Shown here in pieces: positions 1 to 9,327 of a stretch of DNA of 64,000 nt. A program made the translations under genes and the position numbers. Source of the stretch: Candidatus Altimarinota bacterium (GTDB taxonomy: Bacteria; Patescibacteriota; Gracilibacteria; 1-14-2-50-48-13); the NCBI GenBank assembly GCA_046314355.1, contig JBKBWQ010000001.1:224001-288000 (forward strand). The letters are read 5' to 3'. Positions within the stretch are counted from its first letter, which is position 1, and each line of letters starts with the position of its first letter. The notes beneath the pieces are model-generated. The model saw nothing but the letters and a program-made list of their open reading frames with translations, had not been told where the DNA came from and searched no databases.

Positions 1-1
1 A

Positions 2-1309
2 GTGTGTGAAGTAGTAATCACAAAGATGAAAAAACAGTTTTGGGAAGGAAAAAAGATCAAGACTATCGAGAAATCTGCGATGGAAATAGAAGCTCCTTGC
101 CCGTATTTTGGAGTATGCGGAGGGTGTAAATGGCAGAACATGCCTTATGATAAGCAGCTTGAGACAAAGGAAGGATTTATCAAAGAGAGTCTGAAGTATA
201 TAGGACGTGCAAATGATCCATATGATTTCCTGCCAATTGTGCCAAGTCCGGATCAGTATTTTTATAGAAATAAACTTGAGCTCTCTGCGGGAGTGCTAGC
301 TTATATAGGTCAGGGAGAATATCACGAGAAGAAAGAAGAAGTGACGGAAAAAATTGAGGGATTCTATCTTGGTTTTCACGGAGCAGGTAGTTTTGATAAA
401 ATTGTTGATGTAGATAGCTGTCTTCTCTTAAGTGAGACTGCAAATCAGGTACTTGTGATCGTGAAGGATTTTATCAAGAAGAGAAAGCTGAGTGCGTACA
501 ATGCGAGAACTCACGAGGGATTTATACGGCATCTCGTAATACGTGAAGGTAAAAATACGGGAGAGATGATGGTTAATCTCGTAACGAATGCTACTGAGGA
601 TTATACTGTAGAATTTTTTCAGCCGCTTGTAGATGAATTCCAATTACTGGAAAAAGATAATGTTAAATTTGAAAGTGTTCTTTGGACGCAGAATGATAGT
701 CTCTCTGATACAGCTGTCGGGACTAATATTCAGGTAATCCATGGAAGAGAATATATTTTTGATAAAGTAGGAGAGTACCTCTTCAAGATTTCACCGTACT
801 CATTCTTTCAGACAAATACCCATGGTGCCGAGAAACTCTATGATGTAGTAAAAGAGTTTGCAGATCTTCAGGGAGGTGAGACTGTACTCGATCTTTATGC
901 TGGTACGGGAACAATCGGAATGTATTTGGCAAAAGCTGCAAAGAAAGTATTCTCTCTTGAATCTGAAGTAAGTGCTGTGGAAGATGCAAAAGTAAATGCT
1001 ACGATGAACAATATTATGAATATTGAGTTTATGTGCGGAAAGGTAGAGAAGGAAATTGCGAGACTTATTTTTGAGAAACCTGAAGTTATAGTTCTAGATC
1101 CTCCGAGAGCAGGTATGCATCCGAATGCCTTACAGTTCCTTCCTAGGTTTAATGCGAAAAAGATTATTTACGTTTCCTGCAATCCTACTACCCTGGGACG
1201 AGATTTAGAATTCTTACAAAGATGGTATACGGTGAAAAGGGTGCAGGGAGTGGATATGTTCCCGCAGACCTACCATGTGGAGACAGTTGTGGAGCTTATC
1301 CGTAAGTAA
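2..1309 (+). CDS. rlmD: 23S rRNA (uracil-C5)-methyltransferase RlmD/RumA family, 5'-truncated by the window edge
   Basis: CPYFGVCGGC Fe-S motif, YRNK, SFFQTN, DLYAGTG SAM motif, LDPPRAG, YVSCNP catalytic Cys, DMFPQTYHVE. Confidence 0.93.
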   Translation: MCEVVITKMKKQFWEGKKIKTIEKSAMEIEAPCPYFGVCGGCKWQNMPYDKQLETKEGFIKESLKYIGRANDPYDFLPIVPSPDQYFYRNKLELSAGVLAYIGQGEYHEKKEEVTEKIEGFYLGFHGAGSFDKIVDVDSCLLLSETANQVLVIVKDFIKKRKLSAYNARTHEGFIRHLVIREGKNTGEMMVNLVTNATEDYTVEFFQPLVDEFQLLEKDNVKFESVLWTQNDSLSDTAVGTNIQVIHGREYIFDKVGEYLFKISPYSFFQTNTHGAEKLYDVVKEFADLQGGETVLDLYAGTGTIGMYLAKAAKKVFSLESEVSAVEDAKVNATMNNIMNIEFMCGKVEKEIARLIFEKPEVIVLDPPRAGMHPNALQFLPRFNAKKIIYVSCNPTTLGRDLEFLQRWYTVKRVQGVDMFPQTYHVETVVELIRK

Positions 1310-1329
1310 ATAATTCTACAATATTCACC

Positions 1330-1363
1330 AAAAAGAGAAACACTCATAATGTTTCTCTTTTTT
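1330..1363 (+). terminator. Intrinsic terminator after rlmD
   Basis: AAAAAGAGAAAC-N9-GTTTCTCTTTTT inverted repeat ending in a T-tract. Confidence 0.75.
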
Positions 1364-1442
1364 ATGTAAAAACATATAAATAATCTCTTGTCAAAAATGC
1401 CCCATAAGGCGTATACTATAGAGAAGTACTTATTTTTACTCT

Positions 1443-3137
1443 ATGCGTTCCTTCCTTTCCAAACATCTACAGAAAATTCTACTTGTCACAGCTGGCGCTA
1501 TACTAGCTGGATTTATTATATATTTAGGTACAGGAAATCTGCAGAGCTCACTGCTATCGCAACAAGTATCAAGCGTTATTTATAGTGAAAATTTTGATTC
1601 CACAATACCAGTACGTTGGTGGAGAAATGGTTGGCATATTCATAAGAGTGATTTTTCGGAATATACCGATTCAGGAGAAATGAAAATATCAAGTGCATAC
1701 ACTGTTTTAAAAACTTTGCCGATTCATCCTCAGCCTGGTGCAAGCTACACCTTGAAATTTGTTGCAAAGAGAGATAAACCAGGAAGCACAAGATCATATG
1801 TCCGTCTTTATTATACTAATGACCCATCTAAATCAGATAATAGTCCAATAGGTGACAAAGATGTATATCTTAATGAAACTTGGCAACAGGTCTCATATAC
1901 CTTTAAAGTACCTCAATCAGCTGATGTAAGTGACAATATGACAATTGAAATAAATGCTGACGGAAATGCGCATCTTATGTTAGATGAATTAACTTTTACA
2001 GAGGAAAAGACATTGATTACGAACATAAATGACAATATAGATGTGAGTAATCAAAATACGACTCCTGTTCAAAATACGAATACTCAGAATATCGAAAATA
2101 GCAATGTGCAGAATACCAATAGCCTTGGAAATAACGGACAAGCAAATGTAAATCAGAATATACAAAATCAAAATACAGCACCTCAAGTGATGAACACAAA
2201 TCTGAATTCTATAACTTTGAGTAATCAGAATACAAATACAATACCTTTACAGACAAATACTAATGTACAAATCCAGTCGAATACCAATCAATCCGTCTCT
2301 AATAGCAATCAAAATCTAGTTAGTAATAATGGGGTGCAAACCAATATCAATCAGGTAATCCTACAAATAAATACTAATAATACATCCTCTACAGTAGTGC
2401 CAGTAATTACTTCTTCAGGAGGTGGTGGAGGGGGTGGAAGCTATAACAATAGCCTAATACCTGTAACTAACACTACACAATCACCTTCGAAAACAGATAT
2501 TATGTATTGTCCGCCAACCTGTCCTACTGTTTCTGTCCCGCGGGACTTATCTGCCGGACATTTTGCTAGATCAGCAATACTGTTTCTAGTCTCTGCGAAA
2601 GTGATGCAAGGCTATCCAGGAGGTGATATACGACCTGATAATCCTATAAACAGAGCAGAAATTTCAAAAATACTTCAAGTAGGATTTCAAATGGAAGATA
2701 CTGGCACTACTATAAGTCTGCCTTTCAAAGATGTAGGAATACAGGAGTGGTATTATACCTCACTTGTGACATTGTATAAGAAGGCACTTCTTAAAGGGTA
2801 TCCTGATGGAACATTCAAACCTGCTCAGTATGCCCTTCGAGCTGAGGCAATAAAAATGCTGGCTCTGGCACTCTATGATGAGAGTGGGATCATCAGTCGT
2901 TTCAATACATGGAAGAGTCTGCATCCTACTTATGCATATACGTTCTTTCAGGATGTACCTTCAGATGCATGGTATGCTCCGTATCTTTTTGTCCTTGCTG
3001 AAGATGAAGTAGTGAAGGGAAGAAACGCGAATGGAAAAGTATTATTCTATCCGGCCGATATGATATCGCGTGGAGAGTTTGCTGTTCTCCTTGCTCGTAT
3101 CATTGAACAGAAAAACATTCAGTATCCCAACTCATAA
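1443..3137 (+). CDS. S-layer homology (SLH) domain surface protein with N-terminal TM/signal, CBM4/9-like beta-sandwich and N/Q/T-rich linker
   Basis: Three SLH-like repeats (GYPGGDIRPDNPINRAE, GYPDGTFKPAQYALRAE, FYPADMISRGE); hydrophobic N-terminus. Confidence 0.85.
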   Translation: MRSFLSKHLQKILLVTAGAILAGFIIYLGTGNLQSSLLSQQVSSVIYSENFDSTIPVRWWRNGWHIHKSDFSEYTDSGEMKISSAYTVLKTLPIHPQPGASYTLKFVAKRDKPGSTRSYVRLYYTNDPSKSDNSPIGDKDVYLNETWQQVSYTFKVPQSADVSDNMTIEINADGNAHLMLDELTFTEEKTLITNINDNIDVSNQNTTPVQNTNTQNIENSNVQNTNSLGNNGQANVNQNIQNQNTAPQVMNTNLNSITLSNQNTNTIPLQTNTNVQIQSNTNQSVSNSNQNLVSNNGVQTNINQVILQINTNNTSSTVVPVITSSGGGGGGGSYNNSLIPVTNTTQSPSKTDIMYCPPTCPTVSVPRDLSAGHFARSAILFLVSAKVMQGYPGGDIRPDNPINRAEISKILQVGFQMEDTGTTISLPFKDVGIQEWYYTSLVTLYKKALLKGYPDGTFKPAQYALRAEAIKMLALALYDESGIISRFNTWKSLHPTYAYTFFQDVPSDAWYAPYLFVLAEDEVVKGRNANGKVLFYPADMISRGEFAVLLARIIEQKNIQYPNS

Positions 3138-5626
3138 TGAATAAAAAAATTACTTTAGTCGCGTATATTTTCTTACTGTTCGCTGCAGTAGCTTGTACTA
3201 TATTCTTCTTTAGAGGCGGCACGAGCTTACAAAGCAGTCTTTTCCCTAGTACAACTTCAGTGACGTCTCTACTTTATAATGGAAATTTTGAGGAGGATAA
3301 AAATCAGGACTTTTTTCCTGATGGATGGCATCTCAAACAATGTAATTTAGAGGGAATTGTCCCGAATTCAGAAGGTATTGCCGGAAAAGGATTTACTATA
3401 CAAACTCCAGTATGTCTCTCTCAATTTCAGCCAGTGAGACTGCCCAAAGGTGCAAACCTGAAAGCTGAAGTAAGTGTATATAATGAAGGTACTACTGCTG
3501 CACCAATAAACATTGCTATTGTACATAATGATGGTAGTGACACACCAAATATGATGGATGAACGCTCCCTTACAGTTGCGATGGTTGCACCAGGAACATG
3601 GCAAACCATCCAAACATCATTGCCTCTTGTGATGGAATCTCGAGAATCAACATTAGCCATTGGTTTAGTTATTACAAATTCACTTAATGCAAAAGTGAAG
3701 ATTGATAACGCAGAACTTCAAGTCGATCAGAGTATTATGTGGACTCCAACTGCAAATACTACAAACTCATTTACAACTATTAAGAATCCCTACTCAACAT
3801 CTTTCACAGAGCTCTCTCAAGTGACGCCAGGCACAGCTACGGAATTTCTAAGTGATAAGGACTTTATACGGTCGGAAGGAATTCTGCCCGAATCATGGAT
3901 ATCAGAAAGTTGCCCTGATTTTGCATCACAGTATGCGAGCGGCAAATCTGGAAAGGCCTATCCAATGAATTTCAAACAATGCTTATGGCAAGTCTCTGAT
4001 ATTCCAATGAATGTACTATTTGATAGTTTAAGTGGATTGATTTCAGTAAAAACTAGTCAAAATGTAACTGCAGAGTTAACTATTCGTTACGCAGCAAATT
4101 TCGGTGAGAATGCTGTTTGGCAAATTCAGAAAAACTCAGTATCTTTGATAAAAGATACATGGTCAACAATAAATACGCAGATGATTACTGATCAATACAC
4201 CCCATTCACTAAAAAAAGAGCTCTATTCGTTCTCTCATTACCTGATAATGTTTCTTTTACAGTAAAAAATGCATCACTTAAACCTGTAAAAACTCTCAGT
4301 CCTGCTGAGGCCACTGCAGTAGCAGCTTTTAAAGAGAGCGGAGTATTGCAGCAGGGACATGTGATTCTTGATATGAATCCTGCTGATACTGCACTTCTGC
4401 AAGATCCGATAAGATATATGAAAGCACTGAATCTTGTCTACGACACATATAAAAACATGCTTGGAGGTGCTCCATATAATGATCGTCCGATTACAGTCAT
4501 GTCTAAATGTGACTATAATGCTTCGATCGCAGATCCTGATACTCCAACTGCAACTTGCCCGAATGGATATATGAGATGGAACATCGCGGGCGGCGCGGGT
4601 GAGACTACGATTGTAGCAGATACATATTTTAAACAATCTCTAGATGTCTTCAATAAAACCGGTGCAATGAGTCTCTTGGTTGCTCATGAATTCGGTCATA
4701 ACTTTGATACTGTTACAAGTGCTCCGCAATATATGTTCAATGGTCCTTCGGTAGAATCCTTTGCAAATATCAAGGTTGTTGCTCTCATTGACCGTGGTCC
4801 ACAGCCGGTTGAATTTCAGAATAAGGTCTATATGACAAGCGGCGAAATGATGACGGGTAATGGATTCTATGCACAGTTTTATCCTAGATATAAGAGTAAC
4901 AATTATACTTTTGCAAGTTTGATGGAGGGACAGAATATTTCGAATCAATCAGACCTCTATCTGAGTATCCTCATGCGAGTTGCTGCACTGATCGGAGATA
5001 ATAAGCAAAGTCTTTTTGATACATTGAGACTGTATAAAACGGGAGAGACGACGCTGCGTTCTATTGTTAAGTTGAGTCCTGCTGAGAGAATGAATCAGTT
5101 TGTGTACTTCTGGAGTGCTGTAGCAAAAAAGGATTTAAGTCCATACTTTATTGAGGATAGATTCCCGATATCAGAAACGACAAAATCTCTCATTACACAA
5201 TATTTGGCTTTGCCGGTGCTAGAAAAAACCGACCAAAAGATTATAGATCTAGATAAAGCCACATACGCGAATAATATACCCGCAAATATCAAAACTGCTT
5301 TCCAAATGAAACAATCATCACTTAGTCAAAGCTTTTATATGCTTGGTGACATCAATATGAAGGATGGATACTACATACAGGAATTTAAAGTCAACTCGAA
5401 TGATGGACTGGGCATACTGATGTATAATGCATCCCTTGGTAAAATATTTGTCGTACCATGGTGGAACTATGATCTCATAAGTGCAGATCCTCTTCTTACA
5501 AAGTATGGTAGTCCAAAGGAGGATTACTACTACAACGTTTCAAATGGATACGGATGGACGCAGAACTTTGAGAAGGGAAGATTCATCTGGAGATCTGGTG
5601 AATCACTACAGTTTGTGCCTAGCTAA
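3137..5626 (+). CDS. Secreted/anchored zinc metallopeptidase (M60-like gluzincin) with CBM-like N-terminal domains and a C-terminal LGFP-like repeat
   Basis: HEFGH followed after 18 aa by E (ESFAN); LLYNGNFE CBM4/9-like start; YGSPKED..QNFEKGRFIW; TAATG overlap with the upstream gene. Confidence 0.65.
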   Translation: MNKKITLVAYIFLLFAAVACTIFFFRGGTSLQSSLFPSTTSVTSLLYNGNFEEDKNQDFFPDGWHLKQCNLEGIVPNSEGIAGKGFTIQTPVCLSQFQPVRLPKGANLKAEVSVYNEGTTAAPINIAIVHNDGSDTPNMMDERSLTVAMVAPGTWQTIQTSLPLVMESRESTLAIGLVITNSLNAKVKIDNAELQVDQSIMWTPTANTTNSFTTIKNPYSTSFTELSQVTPGTATEFLSDKDFIRSEGILPESWISESCPDFASQYASGKSGKAYPMNFKQCLWQVSDIPMNVLFDSLSGLISVKTSQNVTAELTIRYAANFGENAVWQIQKNSVSLIKDTWSTINTQMITDQYTPFTKKRALFVLSLPDNVSFTVKNASLKPVKTLSPAEATAVAAFKESGVLQQGHVILDMNPADTALLQDPIRYMKALNLVYDTYKNMLGGAPYNDRPITVMSKCDYNASIADPDTPTATCPNGYMRWNIAGGAGETTIVADTYFKQSLDVFNKTGAMSLLVAHEFGHNFDTVTSAPQYMFNGPSVESFANIKVVALIDRGPQPVEFQNKVYMTSGEMMTGNGFYAQFYPRYKSNNYTFASLMEGQNISNQSDLYLSILMRVAALIGDNKQSLFDTLRLYKTGETTLRSIVKLSPAERMNQFVYFWSAVAKKDLSPYFIEDRFPISETTKSLITQYLALPVLEKTDQKIIDLDKATYANNIPANIKTAFQMKQSSLSQSFYMLGDINMKDGYYIQEFKVNSNDGLGILMYNASLGKIFVVPWWNYDLISADPLLTKYGSPKEDYYYNVSNGYGWTQNFEKGRFIWRSGESLQFVPS

Positions 5627-5690
5627 ATAGAAATTCTATTATTGAAATAAAATATCTTTTCGATACTATGAAAGTACTATATTCCTGCAT

Positions 5691-6578
5691 ATGAGCACAA
5701 AAAAAATTGTATATATAATTTTAGGTCCTACTGCTTCCGGCAAATCTGCTTACGGAGTGAAATTGGCAAAGGAACTTGATGGGGAGATTATAAGTGCTGA
5801 TTCGCGTCAGATTTACCGAGGGATGGATATTGGGACTGGAAAGATTGTGTTTGAGGAGATGGACGGAATTCCTCACCATATGATTGATGTGGTGAATCCC
5901 GATGAACTTTTTTCTGTCAGTGATTTTAAGGATAGAGCCGAGAAATGTATTGAAGATATTCAAATCAGAGGAAAAACTGCAATTATAGTCGGAGGGACAG
6001 GATTGTATTTAAATGCTTTATTGCAAAACTATGAGTTGCCTCCTCTTATTCGCAATGAAAAAGTTCAGAAAGAAATCGAAGAAGAATTGAAAATTAAAGG
6101 TGAAGATGTTCTTTATGCAGAACTTATGAAAAATGATCCTGAGTCTGCTGAATCTTTTAGTCCCAAAAACCACCGCTATCTTATTCGTGCTTTGGAGATT
6201 TTGAGAACTACAGGAAAAAAGAAGTCGGAACTAGCAGTCAAGAAAGAACCTAGGTTTGATTATAAAGTGATTGAAATTCATTGGGATGCCGTTCAACTAG
6301 CCGAAAGAATCAATATAAGACACCGATCAATGTTTGAACAAGATGCGATTATTGAAGAAACAAAAATGCTTTTAGAAAAGGGATATACTTTTCAGATGGA
6401 ATCAATGACTTCTATCGGGTACAAGCAAGTAGGTGAATTTCTGGATGGTAAAATCAGTAGGGAAGAGATGATTGAACAAACTTGTGCTGCAGCTAGGCAG
6501 TATGCAAAGAGACAGAGGACTTGGTTTAGGAGGCTAGGGAAGATGGTGGAAATAGAGTGGGTAGTCGTAAGCAAATGA
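5691..6578 (+). CDS. miaA: tRNA dimethylallyltransferase
   Basis: GPTASGKS, SADSRQIYRGMDIGTGK, VGGTGLY, YAKRQRTWF. Confidence 0.97.
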   Translation: MSTKKIVYIILGPTASGKSAYGVKLAKELDGEIISADSRQIYRGMDIGTGKIVFEEMDGIPHHMIDVVNPDELFSVSDFKDRAEKCIEDIQIRGKTAIIVGGTGLYLNALLQNYELPPLIRNEKVQKEIEEELKIKGEDVLYAELMKNDPESAESFSPKNHRYLIRALEILRTTGKKKSELAVKKEPRFDYKVIEIHWDAVQLAERINIRHRSMFEQDAIIEETKMLLEKGYTFQMESMTSIGYKQVGEFLDGKISREEMIEQTCAAARQYAKRQRTWFRRLGKMVEIEWVVVSK

Positions 6579-6589
6579 TCTTTATTTGT

Positions 6590-7011
6590 TTACTGAATAA
6601 AAAGAAATGAGTACTCAACCATAAGATTCTCAATAAAGACATCAAATGCTAGTTTATCTTTCTGCTTAGATTCTACTAGTTCCATAAGTTTATTTGCTTT
6701 TTCAAGTTTTGCATTAAATAATCTAATACTTTAGAAATACTTTTATCTAATTCTTTGGCATACTGTTTTTCAAATTTGATTTTTACTTTTGATAATTCAG
6801 GAAATTTCATAATGATAGTATCACAGTAGTCAATTGATTCTTCAGGAGTCTCAATGTCTACTATCGAACTTTGAACAAAGTTTAAAATCTCATCTCCTCT
6901 TTCAGAACTCATTAAGTTCTTATCCATGCTTTCAAAAATATAACTTCTTATTGCTCTCCAAACTTCTAGTTTGCTCACAGAGTGAATTGGAGTGTTTAGA
7001 TTATTAATCAT
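6590..7011 (-). pseudogene. Hypothetical protein gene apparently split by a -1 frameshift near 6700-6710 (ORF 6676-7011 plus a continuation to 6590)
   Basis: The -1 frame continues KLEKANKLMELVESKQKDKLAFDVFIENLMVEYSFLFIQ* and stops 11 bp from the miaA stop. Confidence 0.5.
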
Positions 7012-7044
7012 TGTTAAGTAAATGATGCATTATGTTTCTTCGAG

Positions 7045-7701
7045 TTATTTAATCTTCTGATTTCTAAGATACAACATATCCTCTTCAAGTGTTTTTTTAG
7101 CATTTTCGTCCATAAACTCTTTTGCAGTCTTTAATTCACTGGCTTTTGTGGTGATGTCAGATGTCTTATTATTCTTTAAATCATCTTTGGAAAAGTTAGC
7201 AGAACCTCCAAATGAATAAAAATGTGCAAGATTAACTTCTTCACCGTCTTTATTACTACCAGATAGAAAGATTGTCGTGAGACTAATAGGACTATTGGAT
7301 AATTTCTTTATTTTCAATTCTGGGTTTGTTAATCCTTGATCAGCTACATATTTTGCAGCAGTGTTCTTATTAATTTTAACTAAATCTCCATTAGGTTCCA
7401 CAAAGGATAAAGTTAAGTCTCTGAAGTCATCAGTTGTACTGTATACAGCTATATCACCTCCATTCTTCATTTTTCCGACATATTGTACTTTAGCTTCAGA
7501 AGGAACATTTAGGTTACGGAGAAGTAATTTATCATATGCATTTAAATTTTCTAAGGAAGATCTAGCAGATTCTTTTTTTGCAGATAAATCTTCTGAATAT
7601 TTATTTTTTACACTTTTGATATTTTCATTATTATCTTTTTTAATTTCATTTATCTTGGAAACATCCTGATTTTCAAAAGATAAATTCTCCATGTTCTCCA
7701 T
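7045..7701 (-). CDS. Hypothetical protein (K/N-rich, 218 aa)
   Basis: Long ATG-started ORF; no recognised motif. Confidence 0.7.
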   Translation of the reverse strand: MENMENLSFENQDVSKINEIKKDNNENIKSVKNKYSEDLSAKKESARSSLENLNAYDKLLLRNLNVPSEAKVQYVGKMKNGGDIAVYSTTDDFRDLTLSFVEPNGDLVKINKNTAAKYVADQGLTNPELKIKKLSNSPISLTTIFLSGSNKDGEEVNLAHFYSFGGSANFSKDDLKNNKTSDITTKASELKTAKEFMDENAKKTLEEDMLYLRNQKIK

Positions 7702-7849
7702 AATTTATCTAATACATAGTATAATATAAAGATATTATACGTCTTCTGTAGCTCTGAGTCAAAAAAAGTACCCTACTTTATATTATGATGAATAAAATTA
7801 GCAGAGAAAATCTATTTGCGAAATACTGAAAACTGCATTCTAAAGAATT

Positions 7850-8254
7850 TTATCTCTGCTCATTCCCATTCACATAAAATTTCATGACTCTCTCAAGCTG
7901 AACTTTAAGAGGCTCGTTATTGATATTGTACTCAAGACTTACAAGATCCTCTGTTCTCTCTACCTGAGAAAGAACGGCTTTCAACTCTCCGATTTTTTCT
8001 TTTACTTCGGTACTGTATGTAAGTTCATCTTTCTTTGCCTGCTCATAATCTACATCCAAAAAGAACTCCTCTTCGATTCTTTTCTTCTCATCGTCGATCT
8101 GTCTCTTGAGTTCTTTATATGCATTTTTAAGCTGTGCGAGCTGTTCGGACTGTACTTTATAATGTCTAAGAATTGCTTTATTATCTGCAACTTTTTCTCT
8201 GATTGCGAGAAGATCGGAAAGGAGTTTTTCTATAGTTACCTGTGAAACAGCCAT
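7850..8254 (-). CDS. Hypothetical coiled-coil protein (likely start MAVSQ at 8254)
   Basis: Heptad-rich E/K/L sequence; the upstream in-frame extension looks non-coding. Confidence 0.75.
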   Translation of the reverse strand: MAVSQVTIEKLLSDLLAIREKVADNKAILRHYKVQSEQLAQLKNAYKELKRQIDDEKKRIEEEFFLDVDYEQAKKDELTYSTEVKEKIGELKAVLSQVERTEDLVSLEYNINNEPLKVQLERVMKFYVNGNEQR

Positions 8255-8351
8255 GTGACGAAATGCAAAAAAGATATACGAAAAGCAGTATAAGGAAGCT
8301 GGTGCAAAACGCAATATTGATGCGACTTAAAGTAAACTTATTGATTGACTG

Positions 8352-8405
8352 GATTGATTCCTGACGGAGTTTATGCTGATAAAAATCAGTACAGGAATAT
8401 CAATG
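8352..8405. repeat. REP-like palindromic element, family 2, copy 1
   Basis: CGGAGTTTATGCTGAT-N4-ATCAGTACAGG (8365-8395) recurs inverted at 44406-44436. Confidence 0.75.
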
Positions 8406-8406
8406 A

Positions 8407-9315
8407 CTATTTCCTAAGTCCTGAAATATAGGCTTCAGCACTCATTGGTTTTTTCCCCTCAGGTTGTAATTCAAGAATTTCGATACTTCCGGCTGCTGTA
8501 CCAAGGAAGAGTTTTTTATCAGCATGAGTAAAGTGTGTACTCGGATACTTTGTTTCGATGATATCGATCTTAAGTAACTTTATTCTTTTACCTTCCTCAA
8601 ACATAAAAATGCCTGGCCATGGTGTAAATGCCTGCCATTTATGATAGATATTTTCTGCTGTTTCATTATCCGGATGTATTTCACCCATTTCTTTTTCTAT
8701 TTTTCCACAGTAGGTGGCCTGAGATATATCTTGTTCTTCTGCCTTCACTGTTCCTTCTGCGTAGCCTATTAAAACTTCCGGCAGTATTTTTGCTCCTAGT
8801 ACACTTAAATCCTCAAATAAACTCTCACTCGTAGTTTCTTTTGTGACAGGCAGGATTATTTTCTGCAGCATAGCACCTTCATCCATACCTTCAGAGAGCA
8901 GCATAATAGTGACTCCTGTTTCTTTTTCGCCATGTAAAAGTGCCGCTTGAATAGGAGATGCTCCTCTATATTTTGGAAGGAGAGAGCCGTGAATATTGAT
9001 ACATCCGTATGTTGGTATATCTAAAATACTTTTAGGTATAATCCGGCCGTAGGCAACTACTAAGATGTAGTCTGGAGACAGACTTTGGATTAGCTCTATA
9101 TTTTCTTTAGACCTTAATTTTTCTGGCTGAGAGCAAGGAATATTATACTTCATGGCGACTGCCTTAATAGGAGTAGGCATAATTTCCTGTTTTCTGCCTT
9201 GCGGCTTGTCTGGCTGTGAAAACACATGTACTACCTCAAACCGCGGATCGTTGACAAGAGTCTCAAGGGCAGGTACTCCAAAGTCAGGAGTTCCCATAAA
9301 TATGACACGGAGCAT
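8407..9315 (-). CDS. fmt: Methionyl-tRNA formyltransferase
   Basis: FMGTPDF, QPDKPQGR, NIHGSLLPKYRGASPIQ, LQPEGKKPM. Confidence 0.97.
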   Translation of the reverse strand: MLRVIFMGTPDFGVPALETLVNDPRFEVVHVFSQPDKPQGRKQEIMPTPIKAVAMKYNIPCSQPEKLRSKENIELIQSLSPDYILVVAYGRIIPKSILDIPTYGCINIHGSLLPKYRGASPIQAALLHGEKETGVTIMLLSEGMDEGAMLQKIILPVTKETTSESLFEDLSVLGAKILPEVLIGYAEGTVKAEEQDISQATYCGKIEKEMGEIHPDNETAENIYHKWQAFTPWPGIFMFEEGKRIKLLKIDIIETKYPSTHFTHADKKLFLGTAAGSIEILELQPEGKKPMSAEAYISGLRK

Positions 9316-9327
9316 GATAAGTATTTA

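Noticed and set aside
2030-2480. N/Q-rich tract and poly-Gly as a DNA tandem repeat or prion-like element
   Set aside because: It is an ordinary low-complexity linker between domains of an SLH protein, without exact nucleotide repeats.
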